DNA of 64,000 nucleotides. It comes from a virus. Every line of letters starts with the position of its first letter. Position 1 is the stretch's first letter. Position numbers and translations under genes: made by a program. Shown piece after piece: positions 1 through 9,613 of this stretch. The notes under the pieces were generated by a model. That model worked only from the letters and a program-made list of their open reading frames with translations. It did no database searches and was not told where the DNA came from. The stretch is from positions 31,375 through 95,374 of the IMG/VR virus record IMGVR_UViG_3300036985_004568, one strand, 5' to 3'.

Positions 1-755
1 CTATTAATATTGTTTCAAATCCTAAACATCGTATTGTTGAAAATAAGTATTATACGGATGCCGAAAGAAAAGATTTGATGGTGCGTAGAGAAAAGGCCCT
101 AGAGTATATGCGTAAACATGTGACTGTCTTTAATTTGAAGGATGCGTCTAGTGGATATACTATTGAATATTTAAATACACTCTTTAAATCCCTAGAACCT
201 ATTATTAAAGATAAGAAGGTTGTCTTAATAGTGGATAATCTGCATAAATTACGAAGTCTTAGGGATTTTAAGAGTGATAAGTCTTTGGTGGACTCTGTAT
301 GTAGTAATTTAAAGATTCTTTCAGGTGTGTACAAGTGCCCAGTAATAGCCACTGTTGAACATACAAAGGCATCTATACAATTAGGTGAAGTTGGAGGTTC
401 GGCGATAAAAGAGTCCTCTTCGTTGCATTATGATGCTAATTTAATTCTGACTGTTGTGCTAAAGCAGGTGGTTGGTACCTTTAAATTGGTTGATGTAATA
501 GTTAGTAAAAATAAAATGAGTACTTTTATTGGAGCCCTACCCTTTAGACTATATCCTGATCAAAGTAGAATGGAAGCCTGTGATGGAAATGCCTCTAACT
601 TTGGATTACCCCAGGATGGACCTGTATCCCAAGAAGTTAAAACTGAACCTATTACTCAAGGAGAACCTGATGGAAAAATTTCAAGTAATGGAGAAGGAAA
701 TCCTATTAATAAAGAACAAGGAACTCCAGGAGTGGGTACGGAAGAGCCTAAATAA
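1..755 (+). CDS. DnaB-like replicative helicase, C-terminal part (5' partial)
   Basis: Frame is open from nt 3. Walker B-like LIVDNLH and IKESSSLHYDANLIL (compare DnaB LRESGSIEQDAD); VSKNK in the Arg-finger region. Confidence 0.85.
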   Translation, partial: INIVSNPKHRIVENKYYTDAERKDLMVRREKALEYMRKHVTVFNLKDASSGYTIEYLNTLFKSLEPIIKDKKVVLIVDNLHKLRSLRDFKSDKSLVDSVCSNLKILSGVYKCPVIATVEHTKASIQLGEVGGSAIKESSSLHYDANLILTVVLKQVVGTFKLVDVIVSKNKMSTFIGALPFRLYPDQSRMEACDGNASNFGLPQDGPVSQEVKTEPITQGEPDGKISSNGEGNPINKEQGTPGVGTEEPK

Positions 756-1212
756 TACTCCCGACTATTTCTTTAAGGGTTGGGCATCCTCCACAGGTAA
801 ATACCATCCCGCGTGTACCTGTAAAGATGGGGGCCTAGTAGTGCATGTTAAACGCGCTGTTTACATTGCTAATAGGCTATGTGGTGGGTGGGGTTTAGTA
901 GAAGAAAATAGGGATATAGTTCTAGCTGCAACTATTCTACATGATATAGCTAAAGTTGGGCAGGGATCTGGTCCTTATATAGACTATGTTAATCATCCAT
1001 TAAATGCTGAGAAGTATTTAATACAAGACAGCCTTACTCCAGAATTATATACTAAAATTAATAATTGTATACGTCATCATATGGGACTATGGACTCCCGA
1101 TGGAGTTAAGAAGCCCCTTACAGAGTATAGTTTGCTAGAATTGGCAACCTACTCAGCGGACTATATGGCAACTACTAAGGACTTGATTACTCCGGAGGAC
1201 ACACTTGGATAA
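670..1212 (+). CDS. HD-domain phosphohydrolase
   Basis: SSTGKYHP..GGLVVH, ILHDIAK, NHP, HHMG, ADY motifs. Start moved from 529 to ATG 670 behind an AAGGAG RBS. Confidence 0.85.
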   Translation: MEKFQVMEKEILLIKNKELQEWVRKSLNNTPDYFFKGWASSTGKYHPACTCKDGGLVVHVKRAVYIANRLCGGWGLVEENRDIVLAATILHDIAKVGQGSGPYIDYVNHPLNAEKYLIQDSLTPELYTKINNCIRHHMGLWTPDGVKKPLTEYSLLELATYSADYMATTKDLITPEDTLG

Positions 1213-1882
1213 ATTAGCCTTAGAGCAGAGAATTAAGGAACTAGCGCCCTGGTTTCACTATATAGAATTTCCTTATGGTTTAAAGTCCAGAGAGTGCAAG
1301 GACCTCAAACATGATGTCTATAACCATCCTTTATCCCTAGCAGATAGATTGGAGAAAGTACTTCCAATTAATAGTGTAAAGGATAAATTGATTCTAGATA
1401 TGGGGTGTAATGGAGGTTACTTTACTTACCTATATGCTAAAAATGGGGGTAGAGTGGATGCAATGGACCTTAATCGACGTTATGTGGATCAAACTAAATT
1501 TGTACGGGAAGTCTTCTCTGAGGAATTTAGTACCATGCCAACAGTGTCTATGGCCGATATTGAAACATTAGCAATGCCTCCAGAAACTTACGATATAAGT
1601 TTAGGACTAGGTCTTTTATATCACGTCCCTAATCCCGTCCTTGCCTTACATAATTTCTATAAGGTAACTAAAACGGGAGGACTTTGCATCTTAGAGTCTA
1701 ATTGCTCTCCTAAAATACCAGAAGGTACTGTAGAATTTATGGGAAATATTAAACCATATAGTGCAGTCTGGAGATTTTCTGCACAGACATTAAGAGATAT
1801 GGTAGAGTATGTCGGATTTAATGTAGAGGAAAGTATTGTATTTTCTGCCGGTAATAGGATAATCATATACGCCACTAAATGA
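1205..1882 (+). CDS. Class I SAM-dependent methyltransferase (CmoB/DUF1698-like)
   Basis: ILDMGCNGGYF motif I, GLLYHVPNP, KTGGLCILES; N-terminal PWFHYIEF; TTG start behind GGAGG. Confidence 0.85.
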   Translation: MDKLALEQRIKELAPWFHYIEFPYGLKSRECKDLKHDVYNHPLSLADRLEKVLPINSVKDKLILDMGCNGGYFTYLYAKNGGRVDAMDLNRRYVDQTKFVREVFSEEFSTMPTVSMADIETLAMPPETYDISLGLGLLYHVPNPVLALHNFYKVTKTGGLCILESNCSPKIPEGTVEFMGNIKPYSAVWRFSAQTLRDMVEYVGFNVEESIVFSAGNRIIIYATK

Positions 1883-2139
1883 GTATTAGAAATAATAAAT
1901 TTAAAGTAGGCCAGATTTGGAAACGGACCTTTTCTGATGCAGTCATGTATCAGATTGTATCTTGTAATAAGGGTAAAAATACGTATGCTGACTTTGATCC
2001 TATACTATGTAAACGATGTACTATTAATTCCATGTTACTACCACCAAAGTGTAATTTAGGATATTGTTGTAGACTACATGTAAATAATACTCATATTAAA
2101 AAGTTAACAAAACTTGAAGCATTACTGGAGAATTTTTAA
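1879..2139 (+). CDS. Cys-rich hypothetical protein
   Basis: Coupled by ATGA/TAATG overlaps; CxxC and C..CC; ends EALLENF. Confidence 0.7.
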   Translation: MSIRNNKFKVGQIWKRTFSDAVMYQIVSCNKGKNTYADFDPILCKRCTINSMLLPPKCNLGYCCRLHVNNTHIKKLTKLEALLENF

Positions 2140-4469
2140 TGAAATTTACTTGTACAGATTGTGCATTAAAGAAGGTAGGTTGTGTGACTGGGGAAGGTTT
2201 AACTCCGGCACTAATTATGATTGTTTCAGATAGGCCTACACTGGATGAGGTTAATAATAAGACGGGATTTTCTGGTAAATCTAATGAACAAATAAATTCC
2301 TATCTTACTTTGGCTGAAATTCCATTAGATAAGGTCTATAAGACCTACATAGTTAAGGGATATGTAAAGTCTGGAGCAACAGTTGGTATTGTATCTATTC
2401 GTAAGTGTGTACCACATTTAGTCGAAGAAATTAAATTAGTAAAACCAAAAGTAATAGTACTTCTTGGAGCTACTGCATATAAGGGATTCAAAGGTAAGTC
2501 GGGATCTGGAACATACTACTATGATGAGGAGTTTAGTGCTTGGATAGTCTACAGTTTCCATCCAATGAAGCCAATATATTCTGGGCAAGAGGACGACTTT
2601 ATGCAGATCGTCTCTCATTTTAAATTAGCCAAGGAATTAGTAACTCGTAATACTACTCAGACTTTAGCAAAACCAAATGTGGTAGTTGTGCACACCCTGG
2701 AAGAATTACAGGCCGTAAAGTCCACACTTATGGTAGCCAGTGAATGTGGGATTGACTGTGAAACTACAGGATTAAATCTACAGAAAGATAAATTATTAAC
2801 TATAGGGTTTGCTACAAAAGAGTTTGTTATTGGAGTAATCTATAGAAAGGAAATGCAGCAAGATCTTCAGGATATTTTTAATGTACGTAAAATTATTGGG
2901 CATAACTTAAAATTTGATATTCAAGTATTAAGAAGTAATGGTTTAATCTCTAAGAATGTGGCTGCAGATACAATGCTAGAGCATTATGTGTTAGAACCAA
3001 TCTCCACAAGTAGGGACCTAGTAAGTTTGTGTCTTAAGGAGTTTCAAACTACTTTCGAAAAGAACCTAGACTATACCACTCTTTTTGTTAATGGGATAAC
3101 TTCAGAAATTGAGAACTTACTCGCGGAACGCGGGGCCCTGGATGCCTATTTATCATTCCTACTCCATGAAAAATTTATTGCTCGTATCCAAGCAGACAAG
3201 ACTATGAGTAGTTTCTTTTCCAATTGTGTTATGCCAATTTTAGATTTACTTTGTGAAATAGAGTTTAATGGAATCCATATTGATCAAAATGAGTTGTTCT
3301 CTGCTGAAACAGTACTAAACTATGAGTTGAAGGCTAGGGAGGCGGATATACTAGCTGACCCTGTAGTACAACATTTCGCACAAAAGGAGAATCTAACAGA
3401 GATAAATCTTGGCTCACCTAAGCAAATGAGTACCTTAATATATAAGTATCTTCACTTTCCAGTACTACGAGAGCAAGGAAGGACAACAGCAAAAGATGTT
3501 ATAGAGAAGTTAAATGAGACACAAAAGAATCCTTTTATAACTAAACTCTTAGAGTATAGAAACATGTCCAAGCTACGAGATACTTATATTAAAGGGCTTA
3601 AAGAGGCCCTAGATCGTTCTGGTGAAGATAGGGTACATGTGCAGTATAATCAGACGGTAGTAGTTACTGGACGCTTGAGTTGTTCCGCGCCTAACCTTCA
3701 GACTATTCCTAAGGCAGTAGAGAACGCTAAGACAATTAGAAAGATGTTTGGTGCGCGTTTGGGTTATTCTTTAGTAGAAATGGATTTTAAGCAACTAGAA
3801 TTTAGAATTTGGGCACATCTTTCCAAAGATGCAGCAATGTTAAACATGTTAGAGGCTGGAGGGGATATCCATAGAAATATAGCCGCCCTATTAAATGGCG
3901 TAGCTGAGCCCCAGGTAACAGATTCCCAAAGATACCAAGCAAAAGAAATTTGTTTTGGTTTGATTTATGGCATGGGTGTAACCACTATGTCTGATAGAAC
4001 TGGAATAACGGTAGAAGAGGCAACACGTATAAAGAATGACTTCTTCTCAACTTTTCCTGAAGCTACTATATGGATTAAACAGGTACAAGACTTTGGATTA
4101 AAGCATAAGTATGTGCTAACTCCTTTTGGACGTAAAATTCCAATTGTGTATAATCCTAATGATAAAGAACAGATAGCCAGTGCACAACGTCATGCAGTTA
4201 ACTATCCTATCCAAAGCACCGGTGGAGACCTTACAAATATTACTGGAGTATATCTAAAGAAACTGATGATTACGGAAGGGATTAATGCTAAAATTGTACT
4301 AAACGTCCATGACTCCTTAGTATGGGAGGTCAAGGACGAGGAAATAGTTAAATTTAAGCCAGTTGCCCTAGAAGCAATTAAAATGATTAGTGATAAGATC
4401 AATTTTAGGGCATTTTTACAGGCCTCTTTTACTCAAGGTAAGAATCTTGGAGAGTTAGTTGAACTTTAA
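2139..4469 (+). CDS. Family A DNA polymerase with N-terminal uracil-DNA-glycosylase (family 4-like) domain and 3'-5' exonuclease domain
   Basis: UDG-like CxxC..GEG..LIMIV..EEIKLVKPKVIVLLG..FHP; exonuclease DCETTG and GHNLKFD; polymerase TGRLSCSAPNLQ, DFKQLEFR, RYQAKEICFGLIYG, NYPIQS, VHDSL. Confidence 0.95.
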   Translation: MKFTCTDCALKKVGCVTGEGLTPALIMIVSDRPTLDEVNNKTGFSGKSNEQINSYLTLAEIPLDKVYKTYIVKGYVKSGATVGIVSIRKCVPHLVEEIKLVKPKVIVLLGATAYKGFKGKSGSGTYYYDEEFSAWIVYSFHPMKPIYSGQEDDFMQIVSHFKLAKELVTRNTTQTLAKPNVVVVHTLEELQAVKSTLMVASECGIDCETTGLNLQKDKLLTIGFATKEFVIGVIYRKEMQQDLQDIFNVRKIIGHNLKFDIQVLRSNGLISKNVAADTMLEHYVLEPISTSRDLVSLCLKEFQTTFEKNLDYTTLFVNGITSEIENLLAERGALDAYLSFLLHEKFIARIQADKTMSSFFSNCVMPILDLLCEIEFNGIHIDQNELFSAETVLNYELKAREADILADPVVQHFAQKENLTEINLGSPKQMSTLIYKYLHFPVLREQGRTTAKDVIEKLNETQKNPFITKLLEYRNMSKLRDTYIKGLKEALDRSGEDRVHVQYNQTVVVTGRLSCSAPNLQTIPKAVENAKTIRKMFGARLGYSLVEMDFKQLEFRIWAHLSKDAAMLNMLEAGGDIHRNIAALLNGVAEPQVTDSQRYQAKEICFGLIYGMGVTTMSDRTGITVEEATRIKNDFFSTFPEATIWIKQVQDFGLKHKYVLTPFGRKIPIVYNPNDKEQIASAQRHAVNYPIQSTGGDLTNITGVYLKKLMITEGINAKIVLNVHDSLVWEVKDEEIVKFKPVALEAIKMISDKINFRAFLQASFTQGKNLGELVEL

Positions 4470-4480
4470 ATCTAAATCTG

Positions 4481-4492
4481 GTATATAATATA
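4481..4492 (+). promoter_or_regulatory. GTATATAATATA motif copy 1 (putative middle promoter -10)
   Basis: Identical 12-mer also at 11899 and 12978; each copy lies at a gene boundary just upstream of an RBS. Confidence 0.65.
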
Positions 4493-4508
4493 TAGTGAGG
4501 GAGTAATA

Positions 4509-4913
4509 ATGGGAAAAACTGTAATAAGGGCAAATGACTGTGGGGCAACCTTAAAGAAGGTCACTGAACGTTCCGGTAAGAATGGTCCCTACTTAATGTG
4601 GGAATTCCAAGATGACGGTGGGGAACGTAAGGTTGGTTTCACAGATAGTGAAGTAATCCTAGGCAATAGGACATGGACATGGCTTCATATGTTAGGAATT
4701 TCTTTAAATGTTGGAGATACTATAGAATTACAGGATTTGCAAGATATAGAATGTTTTATATTTCTGGATGATAAGGGCACTGTGAGAATGGTAACAGAGA
4801 CCCTAACACCAGAACAAGTAGACAATTCAGTAGAGCCTAACAGTGGTGTAATAACGCCAGTGGTTACTCCGGAGCTTCCGGAGAAATCAGAGGCCGAGGG
4901 GTTATTCTCCTAA
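4509..4913 (+). CDS. Putative single-stranded DNA-binding protein
   Basis: Follows the polymerase; beta-rich SGKNGPYLMWEF core; acidic flexible tail ending EAEGLFS. Confidence 0.5.
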   Translation: MGKTVIRANDCGATLKKVTERSGKNGPYLMWEFQDDGGERKVGFTDSEVILGNRTWTWLHMLGISLNVGDTIELQDLQDIECFIFLDDKGTVRMVTETLTPEQVDNSVEPNSGVITPVVTPELPEKSEAEGLFS

Positions 4914-5248
4914 TGACTAGTCATGAATTCGGTAAAAGACTACAGGATCAGGTGGCCGATATGTTTAAAGATATTTTTCCTAAGGCTAGATCCACCTCGG
5001 GTAGTGGTAATAGAGGGGAACATGGGGATGTGCAGCAGCCCTGGTTTATCATAGAATGCAAAGCTCGTTTTACTGACTCCATAACTATTAGTAGGAATGT
5101 GTGGAGAAAGTTAAACTCGGACATTCCAATTGGAAGTAAAAGACTACCGTTATACATTATAGAGAATAAGCATGGAGAGCAATTTGCAGTATTAAGTCTT
5201 GTGGACTTTATAGATATATTTAAAAGAAGTATTAAGGAGGAAAAATGA
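4913..5248 (+). CDS. PD-(D/E)xK nuclease, Holliday junction resolvase-like
   Basis: G..L(Q)..VA N-terminus, SGSG..GDV....IIECK. Confidence 0.8.
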   Translation: MTSHEFGKRLQDQVADMFKDIFPKARSTSGSGNRGEHGDVQQPWFIIECKARFTDSITISRNVWRKLNSDIPIGSKRLPLYIIENKHGEQFAVLSLVDFIDIFKRSIKEEK

Positions 5249-5415
5249 AATACTTAGTATTCTTTCAAGTTGAGAGTATGCGGAATACTCGGACTTATGT
5301 TGCTAGGGAATGTGACACAATTGGGGAAGCCCTTGAGCAACGAGAAGAGCTTATTAATCACGGTTGGCATGATGAGACAGTAATTTTCACGGAAATAAAA
5401 GAAGGGACAAAATAA
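5245..5415 (+). CDS. Small hypothetical protein (56 aa; not in ORF track)
   Basis: AAGGAGG RBS, ATGA overlap upstream and TAATG coupling to recA; MKYLVFFQ...EGTK. Confidence 0.7.
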   Translation: MKYLVFFQVESMRNTRTYVARECDTIGEALEQREELINHGWHDETVIFTEIKEGTK

Positions 5416-6401
5416 TGTCTGAAGATAAAAAAACAATAAAAGAAGTTATTAAAGAGTTAAATAAGAAATTTGGTAGGACGTCTATAAACTTTGCAGATAC
5501 AGTTAAGGATAGAACACGTATCCCATTTAAGCAGAAGTACTTAAATGATTTAACTGGCGGTGGAGTTCCTTGTGGCCAGTTCACAACTATATGGGGTGGT
5601 TCAAGTTGTGGAAAGTCCTCCACTATACTAGATTTAATAGCTGAGGCGCAGAAGAAGGGGTTAACTTGCGTATATTGTGACCTTGAGCACTCCTATGACC
5701 CAAAGTGGGCTGCCAAACATGGCGTGGATGCCAGTAAATTGATCTACGGTGACTTTGGTAGCGCCGAAGAGCCCATGGATGCACTAATTGCCTTCTGTAA
5801 GGCACAAGTGGCTGATTTGATCATCGTAGACTCAATTCAGGGCCTTTCTCCAAAGGGCGAGCAGGAAGAAAAGAGTGGCAAGGAAAAGTCTGTCCAGGAT
5901 GATACAATGGCACTATTAGCTAGAAAGTTATCCCAGTTTTTTAGGATGGCTGCTGGTCTAGTAAGTCAGGCAAATACTGCAGTAGTATTAGTTGGGCAGA
6001 CTAGAATGGACTTGGGTGGCTTTATTAAGCTTGAGACTCTGTCTGGTGGGCATGCACTGTTGCATTGGTCTAGTATTATCTTACATTTAAGACGCGGTCA
6101 AAAAGCAGATGCTCCAACCACTGAGATTGTTAATGAAGAAGGAAAGAAGGAAAAAGTAATTATTGGATTTAACTGTGTTATTAAATTAAATAAATGTAAA
6201 GTATCTGGAGCAGTTGAAGGAAATGAAATGAGCCTTCCTTTTTATTTTGGATCTGGTTTAACAGATGGGGAAGCACCTGAAGTAATATCGGTGGAAGAAA
6301 AACCAACAGTAGAAGAGGTAATTGCGGAAGTTAATGCTGCAGACCCGTGTCCTGATGTTAAAGAAAAAAAGAAGCGGGGACGGAAGCCTAAAGTTAACTA
6401 A
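5415..6401 (+). CDS. recA: RecA/UvsX-like recombinase
   Basis: GGGVPCG, Walker A GGSSCGKS, DLEHSYDP, Walker B LIIVDSI, LARKLSQ, GQTR, GGHALLH. Confidence 0.93.
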   Translation: MSEDKKTIKEVIKELNKKFGRTSINFADTVKDRTRIPFKQKYLNDLTGGGVPCGQFTTIWGGSSCGKSSTILDLIAEAQKKGLTCVYCDLEHSYDPKWAAKHGVDASKLIYGDFGSAEEPMDALIAFCKAQVADLIIVDSIQGLSPKGEQEEKSGKEKSVQDDTMALLARKLSQFFRMAAGLVSQANTAVVLVGQTRMDLGGFIKLETLSGGHALLHWSSIILHLRRGQKADAPTTEIVNEEGKKEKVIIGFNCVIKLNKCKVSGAVEGNEMSLPFYFGSGLTDGEAPEVISVEEKPTVEEVIAEVNAADPCPDVKEKKKRGRKPKVN

Positions 6402-6403
6402 AT

Positions 6404-6553
6404 ATGAATACTCTTTATTGTAAATGTAGGCGCCCACTACACCAAGATTGGTGGCTAGTTATTATAGATGGGGTTCGCACTGAGATATGTGCAAGATGTA
6501 TAGGCTTAATAAAACCAAAGGTAAAGAGGAGTAAGCATGACAACAAAAGATGA
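6404..6553 (+). CDS. Small Zn-ribbon-like protein (49 aa; not in ORF track)
   Basis: MNTLYCKC...ICARC fills the gap between recA and the 6537 gene. Confidence 0.5.
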   Translation: MNTLYCKCRRPLHQDWWLVIIDGVRTEICARCIGLIKPKVKRSKHDNKR

Positions 6554-6965
6554 CATTAAGGCATTCTGTGACTCCAAGTTAGAGGGACTAAAGCCCTATT
6601 TTACTAAAATTGAGGAGATCTCAAAACAGTTTTACACAGATGCTGACATAATGTCCTTTCCCCAATATGGGCCATTAGAGAACAGACTAGTTGGCATGTT
6701 TACTTTTATAAATACAGTATATAAAGAGCTTGATGCCCTTACGGATACCTATTCTGCAGTAAGGTTCAACCAACTTAAAGTAAAGGCTGAGATCGATAGT
6801 ATTAAGTTTGTAGCGGATGTGGCTAAGCATGATGCACAAGAGTTTACCTCAGACCTAAGATTAACGCGGGCTATATTAGAGGGGTATGTACACAATATAG
6901 AGCAACTTTTAGCCACCTGCAGAAGGCACCTTTATGTAACAAAAAAAGAGCAGCACTATGGATAA
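6537..6965 (+). CDS. Helical hypothetical protein (possible recombination mediator)
   Basis: GAGGAG RBS; 142 aa coiled-coil character near recA. Function is a positional guess. Confidence 0.55.
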   Translation: MTTKDDIKAFCDSKLEGLKPYFTKIEEISKQFYTDADIMSFPQYGPLENRLVGMFTFINTVYKELDALTDTYSAVRFNQLKVKAEIDSIKFVADVAKHDAQEFTSDLRLTRAILEGYVHNIEQLLATCRRHLYVTKKEQHYG

Positions 6966-7425
6966 ACATAATCTTCATGAGTTTGAAACAGTCCTTTTTC
7001 TAATGGAGCAGTTAGATGAAGTAATTACTGCTTATAAGATGCAGCACGGTGTAGCTCCTGTTGCATATTCATACTTATATGAACTTTGTATTCTACGTTT
7101 ACTGGAATTATTTAAGGGGAATCCCGAATTTATAAAGGGAGTTTCCGATGTTACAACCGCTACAGTATTGGCTCTTTTAAAACTTATTCAAAAACCAGTA
7201 GAAAAGGATAAGGAACTCACGGATAAATTAAACAAATTTAAGGAGTTATTGGCAGGTACTAATATTGTTATACCCGACACAGTAAACAAATTTTTAAAGA
7301 AGTACCCACATAGTACTTGTTCTACTAATGAGAACATGGATAAAAATAAAAGTACATCCGATAAATTAATAGATGAGTATTTAAAAAAGAAGAAGTTAAA
7401 TAATAAAAAGAAACGGAACAAATAA
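6958..7425 (+). CDS. Hypothetical protein with basic C-terminus
   Basis: Coupled ORF in operon. Confidence 0.65.
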   Translation: MDKHNLHEFETVLFLMEQLDEVITAYKMQHGVAPVAYSYLYELCILRLLELFKGNPEFIKGVSDVTTATVLALLKLIQKPVEKDKELTDKLNKFKELLAGTNIVIPDTVNKFLKKYPHSTCSTNENMDKNKSTSDKLIDEYLKKKKLNNKKKRNK

Positions 7426-8057
7426 TGCTTCCAAGGACTCTTCTACAAAATAAATTAAATGAGCTCCTTAGCCAGGACTCTTGGGGGCATAGGTGCTTAT
7501 ATTGTAGACTACCCCTAGGCCCATCTTCACTTACACTCCCAGGTTTTAATGTGAGTAAGCTACATGCGGATTGTGTAACTCCCTTCATGAATTACTGGGC
7601 ATGCATGCTTCTAGGAGATTTACTTCCAGTGTCCACAAATCAGGTGCTGTTTAACAGTCAGATAGTATCGGATGGGCTACTCAGGAACAGTTCTATGGAG
7701 GAGGGCGTTTTAGATTTAATTATACATAGAGTAGCCCATGAAGTGAGTGAAAAGTTACCATTTAATGCAAAGATAGATAAGAGTGAGATACAACACACCC
7801 GTAATCCAAGTTCTTTGACTTCAACTATCTCTATACGCCTCCACTATCATGTTAACTGCATGTTCTGTGGAGGATCTTTAAGGGTAAGTCAACTGCCTTA
7901 TAAACCCTGGGAGCAGAATGATTTAATCTTTCCCGATCAGGGCACTAGGTTCGAGGAAGTACTACAGTCTGAAGATAAAAAATTTGCTTTTCATAAGTCC
8001 TGTCTAAATGATACATTACAGATGCTCACTACTTACCATGGAGGAATACATGAATAA
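7425..8057 (+). CDS. Hypothetical protein with two CxxC...HxxC Zn-binding modules
   Basis: CLYC...HADC and CMFC...HKSC. Confidence 0.7.
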   Translation: MLPRTLLQNKLNELLSQDSWGHRCLYCRLPLGPSSLTLPGFNVSKLHADCVTPFMNYWACMLLGDLLPVSTNQVLFNSQIVSDGLLRNSSMEEGVLDLIIHRVAHEVSEKLPFNAKIDKSEIQHTRNPSSLTSTISIRLHYHVNCMFCGGSLRVSQLPYKPWEQNDLIFPDQGTRFEEVLQSEDKKFAFHKSCLNDTLQMLTTYHGGIHE

Positions 8058-8694
8058 AAAGGGAGTAGAGGTTGAAGCTGGTGTAGATTTAAGGGTGCGT
8101 TTAGATCCGGGTTGTCTATCCTGGGACCTCTTTCTTTTTGGGGAAGTAGAGCATAGAAGAATTTCGGAACTTATTCAACATATGTTAGTTTTAGATGCTA
8201 CAAATGATAAACGTTCAATTAATTTAATTATTTGTTCACCGGGAGGATACTGTTCCGCAGGATATGCCCTAATAGATACAATGGCTGGCATGAGACATGT
8301 AGTTAGAACAATAGCCCTGGGGGAGATTTGCTCTATGGGGTCTCTAATCTTTATAGCAGGTACTCCTGGCCAAAGATATATTGGAAGTAGGACCCAAGTT
8401 CTTTTTCATCCTATGAGTGAGGAAGTTGCAGATTATGGTTCTTTTATTAAAGACCGCGTAAAAAGCATTGATCATGCCCAAAAATTAGCAAAAGACCTAA
8501 TGCGTTCAAGAACTGGTTTACCTAGTGATATGGTTGAGCTCTCCGAACGAGGAGAAATATGGTTAGATTCTGGAGAGGCCTTAAAATATAAGGTTGCGGA
8601 TACTATTATTACTGATAATGAGGTAATATCGGGGATGTACAAGGAATTACTTAAAGAACGTATAAAAGTTTCACCTAAAAAGGCAAAGAAATAA
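8050..8694 (+). CDS. clpP: ClpP-family protease proteolytic subunit
   Basis: INLIICSPGG, GEICSMGS (Ser), VLFHP (His), EALKYKVAD. ATG 8050 follows GGAGG. Confidence 0.88.
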   Translation: MNKKGVEVEAGVDLRVRLDPGCLSWDLFLFGEVEHRRISELIQHMLVLDATNDKRSINLIICSPGGYCSAGYALIDTMAGMRHVVRTIALGEICSMGSLIFIAGTPGQRYIGSRTQVLFHPMSEEVADYGSFIKDRVKSIDHAQKLAKDLMRSRTGLPSDMVELSERGEIWLDSGEALKYKVADTIITDNEVISGMYKELLKERIKVSPKKAKK

Positions 8695-9611
8695 TGGTAA
8701 AGGTAATTTGTACAGCAGACTTGCATATTGCAGAAAGATTCGACCTAGAACAACAGAAACGTTTATTAGATGTGGTTATATTAGAGGCCAATAAACGCGA
8801 TGAACTATGGATCTTAGGCGACCTATTTCATACTAACCGTATATCTCCTTTAGAACTAATGTTGTTTATTGATTTTATAAAGCAGATTAAAGTGCCAATT
8901 ATATTAATTGCCGGAAATCATGATATGGCTGCAGAAAATTCTTTACTAGACTGGATGCCTAAAGTTTTACCAGTAACAGTTTCCAAAACCTCAATGAGGA
9001 TTGAACGTGAGGGGGTCTCTGTATTATTGGGACATTATAGTGTGGAAGAATCAGTACTTGGTGCATATGATATAAGGTTAAATTCTGGAATATCTGTAAA
9101 TCAATTAGATGTGGACTTAGCATTGCTAGGACATATCCATCGCGGCCAGCATATTCAGGGCACAAAGACACAAGTCGTCCATCCGGGTTCATTATTTTAT
9201 ATTGATTTTAATGAACGCAATGATACTAAGGCCTTAGTGGAAGTTACATTTGATCAGGGTAAATATATGATAGAACATATAGAGCTCAATCCAGATCCAA
9301 TTGTACAATTAGATATTACCCCAGATAGCGACTCTGATATTTTAAAAGACTATCCTTCTAATTGTAGAGTAAAATTAATTGTACATTACTCAGACCCTAG
9401 TCTTAATAAAAAAGAAGTATATAAAAGATTTGCTAAATTTCTATTTAAAGACCTAAAAGTAGTATTCCTTTATGAGAATAAAAATTTACTTGGAGTAAGT
9501 TTACAAGAAGATCATAAAGAAGAAGCAGGATTACTTAGATTAGACAGGTATCTTACGGAACATACTACTAGTGAGATTAAAGAACTGATATTAATGTTAT
9601 TAAAGGAGTAA
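8694..9611 (+). CDS. SbcD/Mre11-like nuclease
   Basis: TADLH, LGDLF, AGNHD, LGH, LGHIH, HPGS...DFNE. Confidence 0.9.
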   Translation: MVKVICTADLHIAERFDLEQQKRLLDVVILEANKRDELWILGDLFHTNRISPLELMLFIDFIKQIKVPIILIAGNHDMAAENSLLDWMPKVLPVTVSKTSMRIEREGVSVLLGHYSVEESVLGAYDIRLNSGISVNQLDVDLALLGHIHRGQHIQGTKTQVVHPGSLFYIDFNERNDTKALVEVTFDQGKYMIEHIELNPDPIVQLDITPDSDSDILKDYPSNCRVKLIVHYSDPSLNKKEVYKRFAKFLFKDLKVVFLYENKNLLGVSLQEDHKEEAGLLRLDRYLTEHTTSEIKELILMLLKE

Positions 9612-9613
9612 TA

